Shown here piece after piece: positions 24,462-36,109 of a DNA stretch of 64,000 nucleotides. Numbering within the stretch: the first letter of the stretch is position 1; each line of letters opens with the position of its first letter. The position numbers were made by a program, and so were the translations under genes. The DNA comes from Octopus sinensis. Its lineage: Eukaryota. The notes beneath the pieces were generated by a model. That model made no database searches, was not told where the DNA came from, and saw only the letters and a list, made by a program, of their open reading frames with translations. The DNA is taken from NCBI RefSeq assembly GCF_006345805.1, contig NC_043006.1:2852001-2916000 (forward strand), read 5' to 3'.

Positions 24462-25972
24462 GTAAGTTTCTAAGTAGTTCAATGCAACTGGCTGTGAACC
24501 TGAGCCAATTTCAGTAAATGACACACTGAAGAATTGAATAGCTTTTCTATGTAGCCATATTCCTTTCTTGTTTTTTTTTACTTCCAACCCTTTTCTCAAT
24601 AAGTCACAGTCTCTATACTACCATATCCTGATTAATTTTGTAAATCCAGATTTTTTAACAGCTGTAGCCGTATTTTACAGCTAGATATAGTTACTTATGA
24701 TACCAAGTAGTTGAAACTGAATCTTTATCAAAATTAATTGTTTTCAGTTCAGTTGGTAACGATGATAACAACAGGGTTAATCATTTACCTACTGTGTCTA
24801 TTCCCTTGTTTGTAATAAAACAATTGATAATTCAATTCAACTTTTCTTCCCTATTCTCTCTCCTTTATTCTCCAAACATCTAATTTTAATTTCTCCTTTT
24901 TGCTTACATTGCCATGTAACACAAACACGCCCCATTGCCTGCTGTTCAATATACAAATACTTTAAGGTTATACACCCACGGAGCTGATTCACTATTCTGG
25001 TTCACTGGAACTAAGCAGTATTTGCTGTTATCGAACAGTTTCGAATGCTATACTTCATACTTGCTTTGTCAGTGTTATTTGTAATTTTCTCTACTCTGTT
25101 CTGTTTCCTGGTTGAACACAGAATTTCAGAAAACTGAATCAGCATTTCAGAGCACAATTGCATGTAATGGGACACTGCAGATAAGAATTACTTCACTGCT
25201 CTGTTGCTTTTGCATTCTCATGTGGATAAGTTTGTGAGTTTCATGTGCAGCACCAACTTGTTAAGCAGTTCCAAATGATGTATAGCATTACTAGTTGCAG
25301 TGAACCACAACAACAGACATTCACGCACTACTGGTGCACTCAAGGTTAACTGAATTCTGCTTCTTTCAAAACAATGCTTTTCTCTCTAAAGTGTTCAAAG
25401 AAATAAAACCTCCAAACAGCCATAAAACTACAAAAGCACAAACTCAATTCTTGCTGTCATTTTCTTTGGGATTACTCACTTTTTCTCTATCTGTTTGATT
25501 CAATCTACTTAGAAGATAGAATCCAGTTTACTGATATTCTAAGCCAGAATAAAAGTTGACATACAACCATTTTTCACTGTTATTTCTTTCTTTTCTTATA
25601 CTTCTTCATCTATTTTCCTATGCTTGTTAGGGTTGGCCAGTTTAGTAAATTTAGAGATTTTCAACTATTTCACATCCATTTTTTTATTCCAACCTATTCA
25701 GTAAAGGAGTTGTAATGGAATCTATTGTTAAACTAGACTGTATGAAATATGTATTGTATTTTGTTTGGAGGTAAAATAGGGATTACGATGGAGCTTGAAC
25801 TCATAATCCTGTGGTTAGTAGTCTAACAACTTACTTTACTTTTAGTATTTTTGTTGTTATACTTGGAAGTATAAGTTTCTATGTTGTTGTTGCTGTTGTT
25901 ATTTAGTACCAGCTTTGAGTAGACCTATACTCATGGGTGTTCCAGCCATGACTGTTCCATCTCTTTTTGGCT

Positions 25973-26180
25973 TAACACATTAGCATTTGAACCAGCCGTG
26001 TCCAGCCCAAATGTCCTACTTGTTTTATGCTCAGACTAGCCAGATCTGACCTCTCACAGCTACCCTACAATGTCATTCCATTGAAATCTCAAAGCTCTGG
26101 CATAGCATGATTAATTCAAAGCAATGTGAATAAATAAGCATCACATTTGATAGTAGAGTAATTTGAATGCTAAAAGGTTA
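25973..26180. mobile_element. piggyBac-like MITE copy
   Basis: ttaacacattagcatttgaaccagcc ... gaatgctaaaaggttaa. Internal match to 19517-19733. Confidence 0.8.
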
Positions 26181-26578
26181 ATATATTTAAGATTACATTA
26201 TCCAGTGTATTTTCCTTTCATTTAAGACTATAGTATGTGATTTGAGGGAGATTTGACTGCCATTCTTAGATGTTTCAGCCACTGCATAAAGCTTTCTTTG
26301 TTGGCTTCCATTATGCTTACTATCAATGTATTAGGGACTGCATACATCAGGATTTACATAGCTAAAAATCACCAAGAATGACCGGTAAGAGCTTAGTAAA
26401 TAAAACTGATGGAAATTCATTACATACAATTATGGAGTCTATAGAAGTTTACTAAGTGAAAAATACACTGCTAATAGTTCTTTATTCATTGAGTGACTAA
26501 TATATACTTAATGGGTGTAGCCTAACTGAAATAATAACTCCACTCCTCAGTCTCTTTCACATTTCTGTTCATGTGCAG

Positions 26579-26636
26579 AGAAGAGCTTCATGGAAAAAAT
26601 GGTAGAAAATGATGGAGAGAGAAGCCAGCCTGATAG
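26579..26636 (+). CDS. Candidate purine-rich exon (58 nt; KSFMEKMVENDGERSQPD)
   Basis: Long tract ctctttcacatttctgttcatgtgcag, upstream cctaac, donor TAG|gtggga, one open frame. Confidence 0.25.
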
Positions 26637-26814
26637 GTGGGAATAGCCTGGAGTCAATTTGTAGTAATGAGATGTTTTTTACTCCAGCTCAGCCCTGATT
26701 AAATTGACAAACATTCCAGTTGCAATCACCCTTTTGTTTCTGTTAAGTTTTAAGGCATAAAGTCTCTGGGAATGCATTATCTTGGGTATCTAGAATTTTT
26801 TGAAGACTGGTCCA

Positions 26815-26978
26815 TCTGTTGTGTGGTTGGTGTTAGGAACAGCATCCAGGTGTAAAAAAAAAACGTGCCAGACCAGGCATTGAAACCTGGTGCAGTCATC
26901 TGACTTGCCAACTTCTGTCAAACCATGCAAGCATGAAACTGGACATTGTTGATGATGATGATGATGATGATGATGATG
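26815..26978 (+). mobile_element. RTE-type 3' tail ending (GAT)n
   Basis: gtggttggtgttaggaacagcatccag...tcaaaccatgcaagcatgaaactggacattgtt followed by (gat)n. Confidence 0.85.
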
Positions 26979-27526
26979 TAGTGTGTGGTTTGCAGCTGAT
27001 TTGGTTGCTCTAACTGTTGCAAAAGATAAGAATCTCCTCTCATATGATAGTTTGCCAAAGTAATTTCTTATGTTTTAACATATGTTGTCAGTGAAAAACC
27101 TAGGCATTACTTGCACTCAAGATGCTGTATAAAATTACCGCTTCAGATCAAATGATTGAATAGTGACTCAGCTGAGGCACGACTGTGAAAGTTGCCTTAT
27201 CAATTGGTTCAGTTTAGAGTTTCCACACGGATTCCAGATTTCATGGTTGCTGAGTTGTGGAAAGTTTTGAAATTAGTCTTTGTTACAGCCATACTGGTAT
27301 ATGCTTGTAATCATTTTGAAAAATACTTGCCTCAGTTAAGCTAGTTACCTTGCATTCTGGTTTAATTAGTGAAGATTAGTAAAAGATATCCAGCTATAAA
27401 AATTATTTACTCCAGCAATTCATATGAAGATAAATAAAATTTTTAAAAATCCCTCTATCTCTTGCTGTTATGGAAAATGGATGTAAAATGTTTAAATAGC
27501 AACGATAAAGCAAAGGATAGTAAATA

Positions 27527-27700
27527 TTGATTTCAAATTTTGGCACAAGGCCAGCAAGTTCGGTAGAGGAGGCTAGTCATTTCATCGGTCCCAGTATTCA
27601 AATGGTACTTATTTTGTCAATCCTGAAAGGATGGAAGGCAAAGTTAACCCTGGTGACATTTGAACTCAGAATGTTAAGCTGGAAGAACTGCTGCCAAGCA
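27527..27700 (-). mobile_element. SINE family B
   Basis: tgatttcaaattttggcacaaggccagcaag..tggtacttattttgtcaatcctgaaaggatggaaggcaaag..tttgaactcagaatg. Confidence 0.85.
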
Positions 27701-27784
27701 GTTTTTCTGCAACAGTAAAGGTTCTTTCAGCTGCCTTAAAGTGAATATCAGTTTCAAATTTTAGGGGAGGGGCCCCAGTGTTCA

Positions 27785-28065
27785 ACGAATGAATGAATTC
27801 CAATATTGTAAATCTGGGTTTGTCCCCATTAATGGGGGTGGCCGGATCTACCTCACTCTTACAGCAACCACTCTCACACCATCTTGCCCAGTTTTGGGCA
27901 CCCTCCCTCCTCAAGCCAACCCTCCCAATCTCCTCCTCCACCTGCTCCCTCCACATTTTCACGGTTCATTCTCTTTAAACTCAGGCACTCTCCTCAGAAC
28001 ATGATCCCCATCTCTCTTCAACACATGTCCATACCACCACACTCCTTTTGCCCTTGCCAGCTGTT
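27785..28065 (-). mobile_element. RTE LINE C-terminal fragment
   Basis: Minus frames GVWWYGHVLKRDGDHVLRRV.EF and WREQVEEEIGRVGLRREGAQNWARW match the RTE terminal RW.GHV.R / W...VEE...GL...A..R..W motifs. Confidence 0.8.
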
Positions 28066-28104
28066 CCACCAATTCCTCAAACCCCAGCATCCCCATCAAG
28101 TCCT

Positions 28105-28255
28105 CAGCCCTCCTTTTATCCAATACTTATTTTATTGACCCTGAAAGGATGAAAGGCAAAGTTGACCTCGGTGGAATTTGAACTCAGAACATAAAGGCTA
28201 ACGAAATACCTCTAAGCATTTCCCCACCGACTGTCTCAGTGATTCTGCCAGCTCT
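28105..28255 (-). mobile_element. SINE family B
   Basis: tacttattttattgaccctgaaaggatgaaaggcaaagttgacctcggtggaatttgaactcagaacataaag..gattctgccagctc. Confidence 0.85.
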
Positions 28256-29629
28256 GTTGATTTGCATGTGAAACTGTTACTGCTGGTTTTCTGCTCTCCA
28301 TCTTTTCTCTTTTCCTCCAAAATCAATTTGATTAACTTCATTTCTCTTTTCCTTAACGACCCCCTCACAACTAGCATTAAGTACAGTTTATTCAGTGTTA
28401 TTCATAGCATATTATTTACGTAAAAAAATACTAATCTGGCAAAAAGGAATTGCCCATGATGGGCAGACATGCTCCGTCTTGCTTTTTGGACTCTCTCAGA
28501 TATTCTCTTGCCGTATCGTTTTCATAGCTTGACAATTCCTTTTCAAGGTGTGATGGGGGGGAGGAGGAGATATTGTAACAATTGAGCATGAAGTGGCAGT
28601 GGGAGTAGAGACCAATTTGTTTGTGTGCATGCAAGCTTGTGTGTGTGTGTGTGCATAGGTGCATGAGCATGCGTGTAGCTGTTTTGCTTGGGAGGTAAAT
28701 AATTCAATGTGTGAGGGAAGATGTGCTTTTCGTTATTAAGTTGAGGTAAATTGTTCTTTTATCGTGTGTGTGTGCACGCACACACACACATATATATTTA
28801 GTTGTAGAGCAGGCGTAGAAAGGTAGGCAATGGTATCTCATTAAGATAACTTTCTGTCACCTGGAAGAAGTCCGACATTGGAACATGATGCTACTTGTCA
28901 GGTATGGTGTGTGTGGCTGGGAAGGTGATCGTCGCTACCACATTGCAGTGAAGACTGAAGATAATTTGCTTTTATTGTTGCTCTATATTTATAGTCTTGC
29001 TTCTTCTGTTTGGGCTTATTTTAATGGCCATTGCAATAAACGCCAGCTTTATCACTGCCTTCAATCGCTCTGTTTTAATTAATAACTAGAACTGTGCTTT
29101 ATGAGATTTGCTACAGGGCTGGGTTTCTTGTGGAGAACAGAACATTGCTAAAATAAATGTCAAAGTCTGCATTTCTATGCGTAACCTGAAACTGAGCTAA
29201 TAACGAACAAAAGGTTTTATTTCTTCTAACAAACATATGTTTCCCATATCTTAAGAGGTTAACTTCTTTGTCTCTACCTCGGCTTGATCTACTTGTTTGC
29301 TGTGTTTTATTGGAATTGTCAACTTTTAAAGAGTCACTGCAACAACCAGAGAATGTCATTGGTTTTCTAAACACATTGCAACTTTGCAAAATTAGCAGAT
29401 GACAGTATTGGCATACTGCTAAGAACGGCTGACATATGTACACGCATGCACACACACACACACACATGCACTCAGACACACACATATATTGATAAATGAA
29501 TATATATACACATATACACCCCCTATACACACACATATACCCCTATATTTATTAGATGTACATGAAGCAGTGTTGAGTGAAATATAGTTGTGATTTATTT
29601 ATATATATATATATATACACATATATATC

Positions 29630-29990
29630 ATCATCATCATCGTTTAACGTCCATTTTCTGCGCTAGCACGGGTTGGACGGTTCAACCGGGGTCTGGGAAG
29701 CCAGGGGCTGCTCCAGGCTCCAGTCTGATCTGGCAGAGTTTCTACGGCTGGATGCCCTTCCTAACGCTAACCACTCTGCGAGTGTAGTGGGTGCTTTTTA
29801 CGTGCCACCTGCACAGGTGCCAGCGGGGGTCCGGCATCGGTCACGATCGGTTGGAGCTTTTAACGTGCCAGCGGCACGGAAGCCAGCCAAGGCGGCACTG
29901 GCAATGTTCGGATGGTCTTTTTATGTGCCACTGGCACAGAAGCCAGTCGGGGCGGACCCGGCATCGGCCACGTTCGGATGGTGCTTTATA
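29630..29990 (-). mobile_element. Young RTE-type 3' UTR/tail copy (CpG intact)
   Basis: (cat)n cgtttaacgtccattttctgcgctagcacgggttggacgg...ttctacggctggatgcccttcctaacgc, followed by ~60-bp subrepeats. Confidence 0.9.
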
Positions 29991-30307
29991 TATATAAAAG
30001 ATGTACATAAAGTCATGTATAGTCATATTTAACATATTTGTGTACAGTGAAACAGAAGAGACAATTTATTGCACATGTCGTCTCAAGACAACTTGTGCAG
30101 TTTGCCTTATTGGGTGAATATACATGGAAGTATTAGATATGGCTACATAACTATATATATATATACGTATGTATGTTTGTATGTGTGTGTGTGTGTGTGT
30201 GTGTGTATATGAATGAAGGAAGGAAGAAAGGAAGGAAGTCCTGAGGTTAATTTGTTTGACTAAAGGTGGTGCTTCTGAAACAAATAAAAGAATATATATA
30301 TATATAC

Positions 30308-30450
30308 GGGTGCCACATTAAAGGTAACCAGCACAACACTGTGTGGAGTGGTCTGCATTAGGAAGGGCATCCAGCCATAGAAACCAAGCGAAATTAGACT
30401 GGAACCAGGTGCAGCTCTCTTGCTTGCCAGCTCTGGTCAAGCTGTCCAAA
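30308..30450 (+). mobile_element. RTE-type 3' tail, truncated
   Basis: gggtgccacattaaagg..gcattaggaagggcatccagccatagaaacc..gctctggtcaagctgtccaa. Confidence 0.8.
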
Positions 30451-31521
30451 CTCGCTTGCTCACTCGCTCACTCACTCTGACTCTCTCTCTCTCTCTCTCA
30501 AGGGTGCCATTGGTTTCTGTACCTAACTCCATGTCCCCCTACATGGCCTTGCTATTTGCTTTTGAGCCAAATTAACTAACTAACTAACTAACTAATATCT
30601 CAATAATTCTTGAAGCTGATCACAGAGAAAAACAATTGTTAAAACATAATTTTTTAACATGAAACCATTGGTACCCTTAATACACAAATAAAGAATCTTT
30701 ATTCATTAGAGTGGTGTTCAGCACTCATTCTCATTGTTTGATATTTACATATATATATATACATAAATTCCATAAGCTAGACATCCCTAAACAAGTTTTA
30801 TATATATATTGATATATACGCATACATATTTGTATGTATAAACAGATCTTGGTCAGAAGCCAGGCTTTATCCTGAATGCTTATACCATCAGTCACTTGTG
30901 AGTGAAGCAAGATACAAGAATATGGTAAAGTGCACCATGCAGACATTGGGTTCTGATGTTTGCAGCTCAAGGCAGAAACCAGTCAAAGAGAGAGGTCTAT
31001 TTTGGCGTTATATGACCCACAACTTTACATATGGACAATCATCTTTGCAATTGCATAGAGCCTCAGACACCTGCACACATGCAATGGTCGGGCAAGCATC
31101 TCTGAAGGCGGTAAGCTTTTATGAGAGTGGCAAAGCTTGGTGAGAAGTTCTGGGAGTGTAACAGATCCCACTCCAAGATATCTCAAGTGCAAAACTACAT
31201 GATTTAAAAAATAATTATTTTGAAGCTAATCTAACACTTTCTAAACAAAATGGGGTTATTGAACACTGCTGTCATACCTTCCTCATTCCCTAATATTACT
31301 AATAACCACAGAGATACCAGAGTTTCTATCCAATCTTTTTTCTTTTTTTTTCTGCTTGATTGATTCATTGCTTGAGTGTCTGCTCTTCTTTCACAAAACT
31401 GCTGAAGCTAAGAAGTCCAATGTTTTTTTATCAATTATTACAAAGCAAAATGATGTGATTCATTTCTTTCTTTTTTTTTTTCTGAAATTTTACTTTTTTA
31501 TATAGTTAATTGGATGTATGA

Positions 31522-31557
<36 letters not shown>

Positions 31558-32394
31558 GATCATGATGTATGGATTATGTAAGGAATAGAATCAGTTGCAT
31601 GGAAAATTCAATACAATAGAATTATTTTCACACACCTAGGTATATAGTAATCCAATTCTTTTATTCTTTTCAACTATTGCGGCTATAATAGTGATACAAA
31701 ATACATAGGAAAATACTTATGAATATTAACCACAGAAATGATGTTGAACCTTTTTTTTTTCTTTTTATTCAGTAGATTGATATTAATTTTATATTGGAAT
31801 ATATCTTTCACATCTGTTACCGAATGGTGGCTGGTGATCACTGAATGCGACTCTGCATGGTGTTGCTGTTGTTATGATAAATTAAAGAAATATCTCAGAA
31901 AGCAGTGTCAGAATCTCAATATATATTCGATAAGTTCTTGCAGTTACTTAGCATAATTGCATCTTGGACAGGTGGTGGCAGGAAGGTATTTGTGTTATTT
32001 GAGCCACTGGGTAGAGTTGACAGAAAATGCTTAAGAAAATTCTGCAAAATTGAGAGGATGAGTTAATGTCTGCATGGATGGGAAAACAACAAAATTTGGA
32101 TAATTCTGCATTAAGCATGCTTTACAGTTTGATGAATTACCATAATATTTGTAAATAATGTTTTTCTTAAGTGCAGACAGAGCTCATGTGATTCATCCTC
32201 CCTACTTGAATAATGTCTGCTTCACACAATAGCAAATGTCAGACCAATTTGGCACCGCCATTTAATGTAGCAAGATTTGGTAGATCAGTTTTGATTGCAT
32301 TATAGACATATCGTTTTGTTGTTTACCTGTTCATATTAAGCAATGGTAGTTCGATCTTTAAGGCTGCTGTGTGTCTTTTCTGCTGTAGAAGAGT

Positions 32395-32492
32395 TTATAC
32401 ATACATATGTATGTATGTATGTATGTACACATATTCATACATATGTACATACATACATACATGCATATGTACATACTTTCATACATACATAA

Positions 32493-32549
<57 letters not shown>

Positions 32550-32649
32550 ATAAAACATATATATATATATAAAACATATATATATATATATAAAACATAT
32601 ATATATAATATATATATAATATATATATTATATATATACATATATATAA

Positions 32650-32687
<38 letters not shown>

Positions 32688-32765
32688 TATAAAACATATA
32701 TATATATATATAATATATATATATATAAAACATATATATATATATATATATACACATACATACAC
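32395..32765. repeat. Large complex (TA)n/(CATA)n microsatellite with recurring taaaacatata interruptions
   Basis: Direct reading. Source of the IY-repeat ORFs. Confidence 0.95.
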
Positions 32766-32769
32766 ATTA

Positions 32770-33126
32770 TAATTTATGTGTCTCGAAACAACCCGATAGA
32801 AATTTCTAAAAAATCCGTTATTACCGCATTGGTCCCAATTTCGGGGTTAATTCATAAGAATTTTCCCCTCTTCAGCGATAAATACGTGAGATATAAGTGA
32901 AATACTTACTCATACCCATGGAAAAAGCAAGCACTAAGTCCTGAGCAGACCTAAGTACCCCAAATATATCCAAAATAGAAAATCTTTGGCACATCTCGAG
33001 ATACGTGTGATTCTAACTAGAAACTTTCACAGAGTGAGAGAATCCGGAAGTGAACACTATTCAATTTATAACTAATGTAGGATAAAAAATTTTTCGGGAA
33101 AAAAATTTTATCCTACATTAGTTATA
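32770..33126. mobile_element. CpG-rich interspersed element embedded in TA microsatellite, ending in a 21-bp inverted repeat; class unresolved
   Basis: Abrupt compositional change out of (TA)n, CpGs retained, terminal hairpin at 33067-33126. Confidence 0.5.
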
Positions 33127-33149
33127 CATACATATGTACATACACACGT

Positions 33150-33390
33150 ACACATTATCATCTTCATTTTAACATCCACTTTTCCATGATTGTATGGGTT
33201 GGTTGGAATTTTGTGACGTAGAGTTTCTATAGCTGGATGTCCTTGCTGTTGCCAAGCCTCACCCGTTTCCAAGTAAGTTAGTATTTCCCTGTGGCCCAGA
33301 CCAGGTTTTACAGACTATTGGAAACAAAGGACAGTTTGCTTGACAGTAATGCTTGCTTTCAGTTATGATTTGATGTCAAGAAGAGGTGAA
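33150..33390 (-). mobile_element. RTE-type tail variant (same tail as the SINE at 2438)
   Basis: catcatcttcattttaacatccacttttccatg...tttctatagctggatgtccttg...ccaagtaagttagtatttccc. Confidence 0.75.
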
Positions 33391-33965
33391 AGTTACACAC
33401 ACACACACACACGTTATTGATTAGAGATGAGACTTTGGTATATTTCTGTGTTGTATGAGGAAGAAATAATAGTCTTCTAAAGAAACCAGAAAAGCAGAGA
33501 AGCTTTTGTTATGTAAATTCTCAATAAGTGTTGTGAGATTGTGTGCGTTTTTATATGTGATGATTAGATGAAGAACGACATTTTATATTGTCATTGCTGC
33601 TAGATAATTCTGTTAATGTCTAAGCATTTAATGCCGAGTTGAGAGATAGAGAAATGGTCAAGGTCTACATTTTAATCAATTGTGCTATTAGCGCTCACTT
33701 TATTTGCTTCATGTTAAGCCAACTGTATAATTTGAACACAGAATTCAATGTTAGCAAAATCTCTGCCACTTACTCAATTCTAGTTTCAGCATGGGATAAT
33801 TATCTCTCGTCCTGCTTAACAAATGTTTCCTTGATTTTATAGTTTTTTGTAATCTAGACCATATGTTGTTCCCTGTGCGATAGTTTTATTATGGAGAATC
33901 TTTGACAAGATAATTTACAAGTGATACAGTTTTGAATATTCTTAGTGTGCTCAAATATAGATATA

Positions 33966-34167
33966 CTCTTTTACTTGTTTCAGTCATTTGACTGCAGCCA
34001 TGCTGGAGCACCACCTTTAGTCGAGCAAATCGACCCCAGGACTTATTCTTTGTAAGCCTAGTACTTATTCAATCGGTCTCTTTTGCTGAAACTACTAAGT
34101 TATGGGGACGTAAACACATCAACATTGGTTGTCAAGCGATGTTGGGGGGACAAACACAGACACACAA

Positions 34168-34213
<46 letters not shown>

Positions 34214-34357
34214 TTATACATATATACGATGGGCTTCTTTCAGTTTCCATCTACCAAATCCACTCACAAGGCTTTGGTTGGTCCGAGGCTATATTAAAAG
34301 ACACTGGACCCGGAACCATGTGGTTGGTAAGCAAGCTACTTACCACACAGCCACTCC
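33966..34357 (-). mobile_element. SINE family A, full length with internal (CA)/(TA) expansion
   Basis: ctcttttacttgtttcagtcatttgactgcagccatgctggagcacc...ctaccaaatccactcacaaggctttgg...cttaccacacagccac. Confidence 0.9.
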
Positions 34358-35758
34358 TATGCCTTTATAGACTCAGTTTAGAAAAATGTTTCTTAGAAGA
34401 TTGTGATTTTGAAGTCTCTGCAATTGAAATTGTTAAATAAGGAACAGTTTTTGTTTTCAGCAAATTTTGCAGATGACTTCAAGTTGTTTTTTACATTAAT
34501 TAATCCATCTTAGAAACGAAGCCTTTAGCTCTGTCAGTCTTTAAACTTTACTCAGCTGTTAACAAGTGACTGTTGGTTCCAGCTGCTATGGCTTATACTC
34601 ATTTAGTTTGAATTAAAGTTATTTTAAGACAAAACATGGGTCGGAAGGAGAGTCCTGAATGATATCGTACTAAGGAGGAAATGTTGGACAACATAATTAG
34701 AAGAAAGTCTTAATGATAAAACACAATAGGAGTGGTGAGGCAGAACAAATGTGGTTAACAGGTTCAGGAGAGCAGATTCATTATAGTGGCTGTTGAGGAA
34801 AGTTTAAAAGTTGGTCCACAGTTGAGTGCTGGTCAGTGAAGACTTGCTCACCTATGAAACTGATGGATCATTTTTTTAAATGTTTACCAGGACATGTGTG
34901 CTTTCATATATGGACAATATACTTGTGTTGAATGTATTTATATCTTTTATAGAATCTGCAGTTGTTGGGGGCTGAAGTGTTGTCCCTGCCAAACCAAAAA
35001 CTTTAATTATTGGTTTATGATATTTGTTTAGCTCCTGTGATGATATATCAGTGTTGGCCTCACCTTTATGTGCATTGTGACAGCCTCACCTTTATGTGCA
35101 TTGTGATAGCATTTGATCTGTTTGTTGTTTTTGAGTAATGAATATGTTGTATTGCCGGTTATTTAGGTTTGTAATATCTGTTTTGTGTGTTACAAAGTTG
35201 TAATGAGTGGGTTGCAGTAGCTCTGGTCAGTGTCTCTCTGTCTTTGTCCATCTGTCTGTCTGTCTCTCCCTTCATGGAAGGTAGGCTTGCTAGTTGAGAG
35301 ATGTTAAGTCTACTCTGGGACACAAAAGAGAAGGATAGGACTATAACTTCTAAAGAATATAGTCTCCTCAAACTACAACCTCATTTCTCTGAGTATAACC
35401 TATGGATCTGGAGAATTAATATTAGTGAAATACTAACATTAGCGAGGGAAAGAAAAAAGTGTTGTTTCTATGAAAATTGAATTTATGTGTTCCATTATTT
35501 TTTCTGTGACATTCTAGTTGTTAAAAAGAAATTCTTGTAACATAATTACTATGATGAACTCTTTGTCAAATTATTTTAATTATTCTGAAAGAAATTGTTA
35601 TTTTTGCCAGTTATGTTTGTTTGAATAAGAGTGGATATTTCATTGTGCTGTGAAATTGTATTTAAAGACAATGTTAGTAATCAATATATGTCAAGAGAGT
35701 GAAAAACACAGCTTGTACTGCTGCTACTGGTATAGTTTGGTATGAAATTGTGTTCTAG

Positions 35759-35839
35759 AATCCCTCCCATCTCCAAATTCTATGGATACGAGGAGGGAAC
35801 GAGGGAACGTTTCCTCTTGTCCTTGCCTGTCAAAAGCAG
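35759..35839 (+). CDS. Candidate internal exon (81 nt, frame-preserving)
   Basis: Acceptor ttgtgttctag, donor CAG|gtcagc, GC- and CpG-richer than the flanks, all frames open (e.g. SLPSPNSMDTRRERGNVSSCPCLSKA). Confidence 0.3.
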
Positions 35840-36078
35840 GTCAGCTAGAGCTATCATTCATTGCAATAGCTATCTGGCAGCCAGCAAGCACTGTATGTTC
35901 ATTCATCTCTTGTCACTGCCATAGCAAGTGCTTGTTAGCCACTTTCCATGACTACCATTGTTTGAACCAGGAGTTGTGTATTTTTAACATGCACACATCT
36001 GAAGTTGGCTTCCAGACACTTTTTAGCAAGACACATCTGCTCTGTTCTGTCAGCTTCATTTGTCTGTCTGTCTGTCTG

Positions 36079-36109
<31 letters not shown>

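Noticed and set aside
32369-32767. IY-repeat ORFs (also at 43.4, 45.8 and 57.9 kb)
   Set aside because: (TA)n microsatellite read-through.
35037-35120. C/D-box snoRNA (gtgatga box C)
   Set aside because: No terminal CTGA box D or closing stem; the interior is a tandem duplication.
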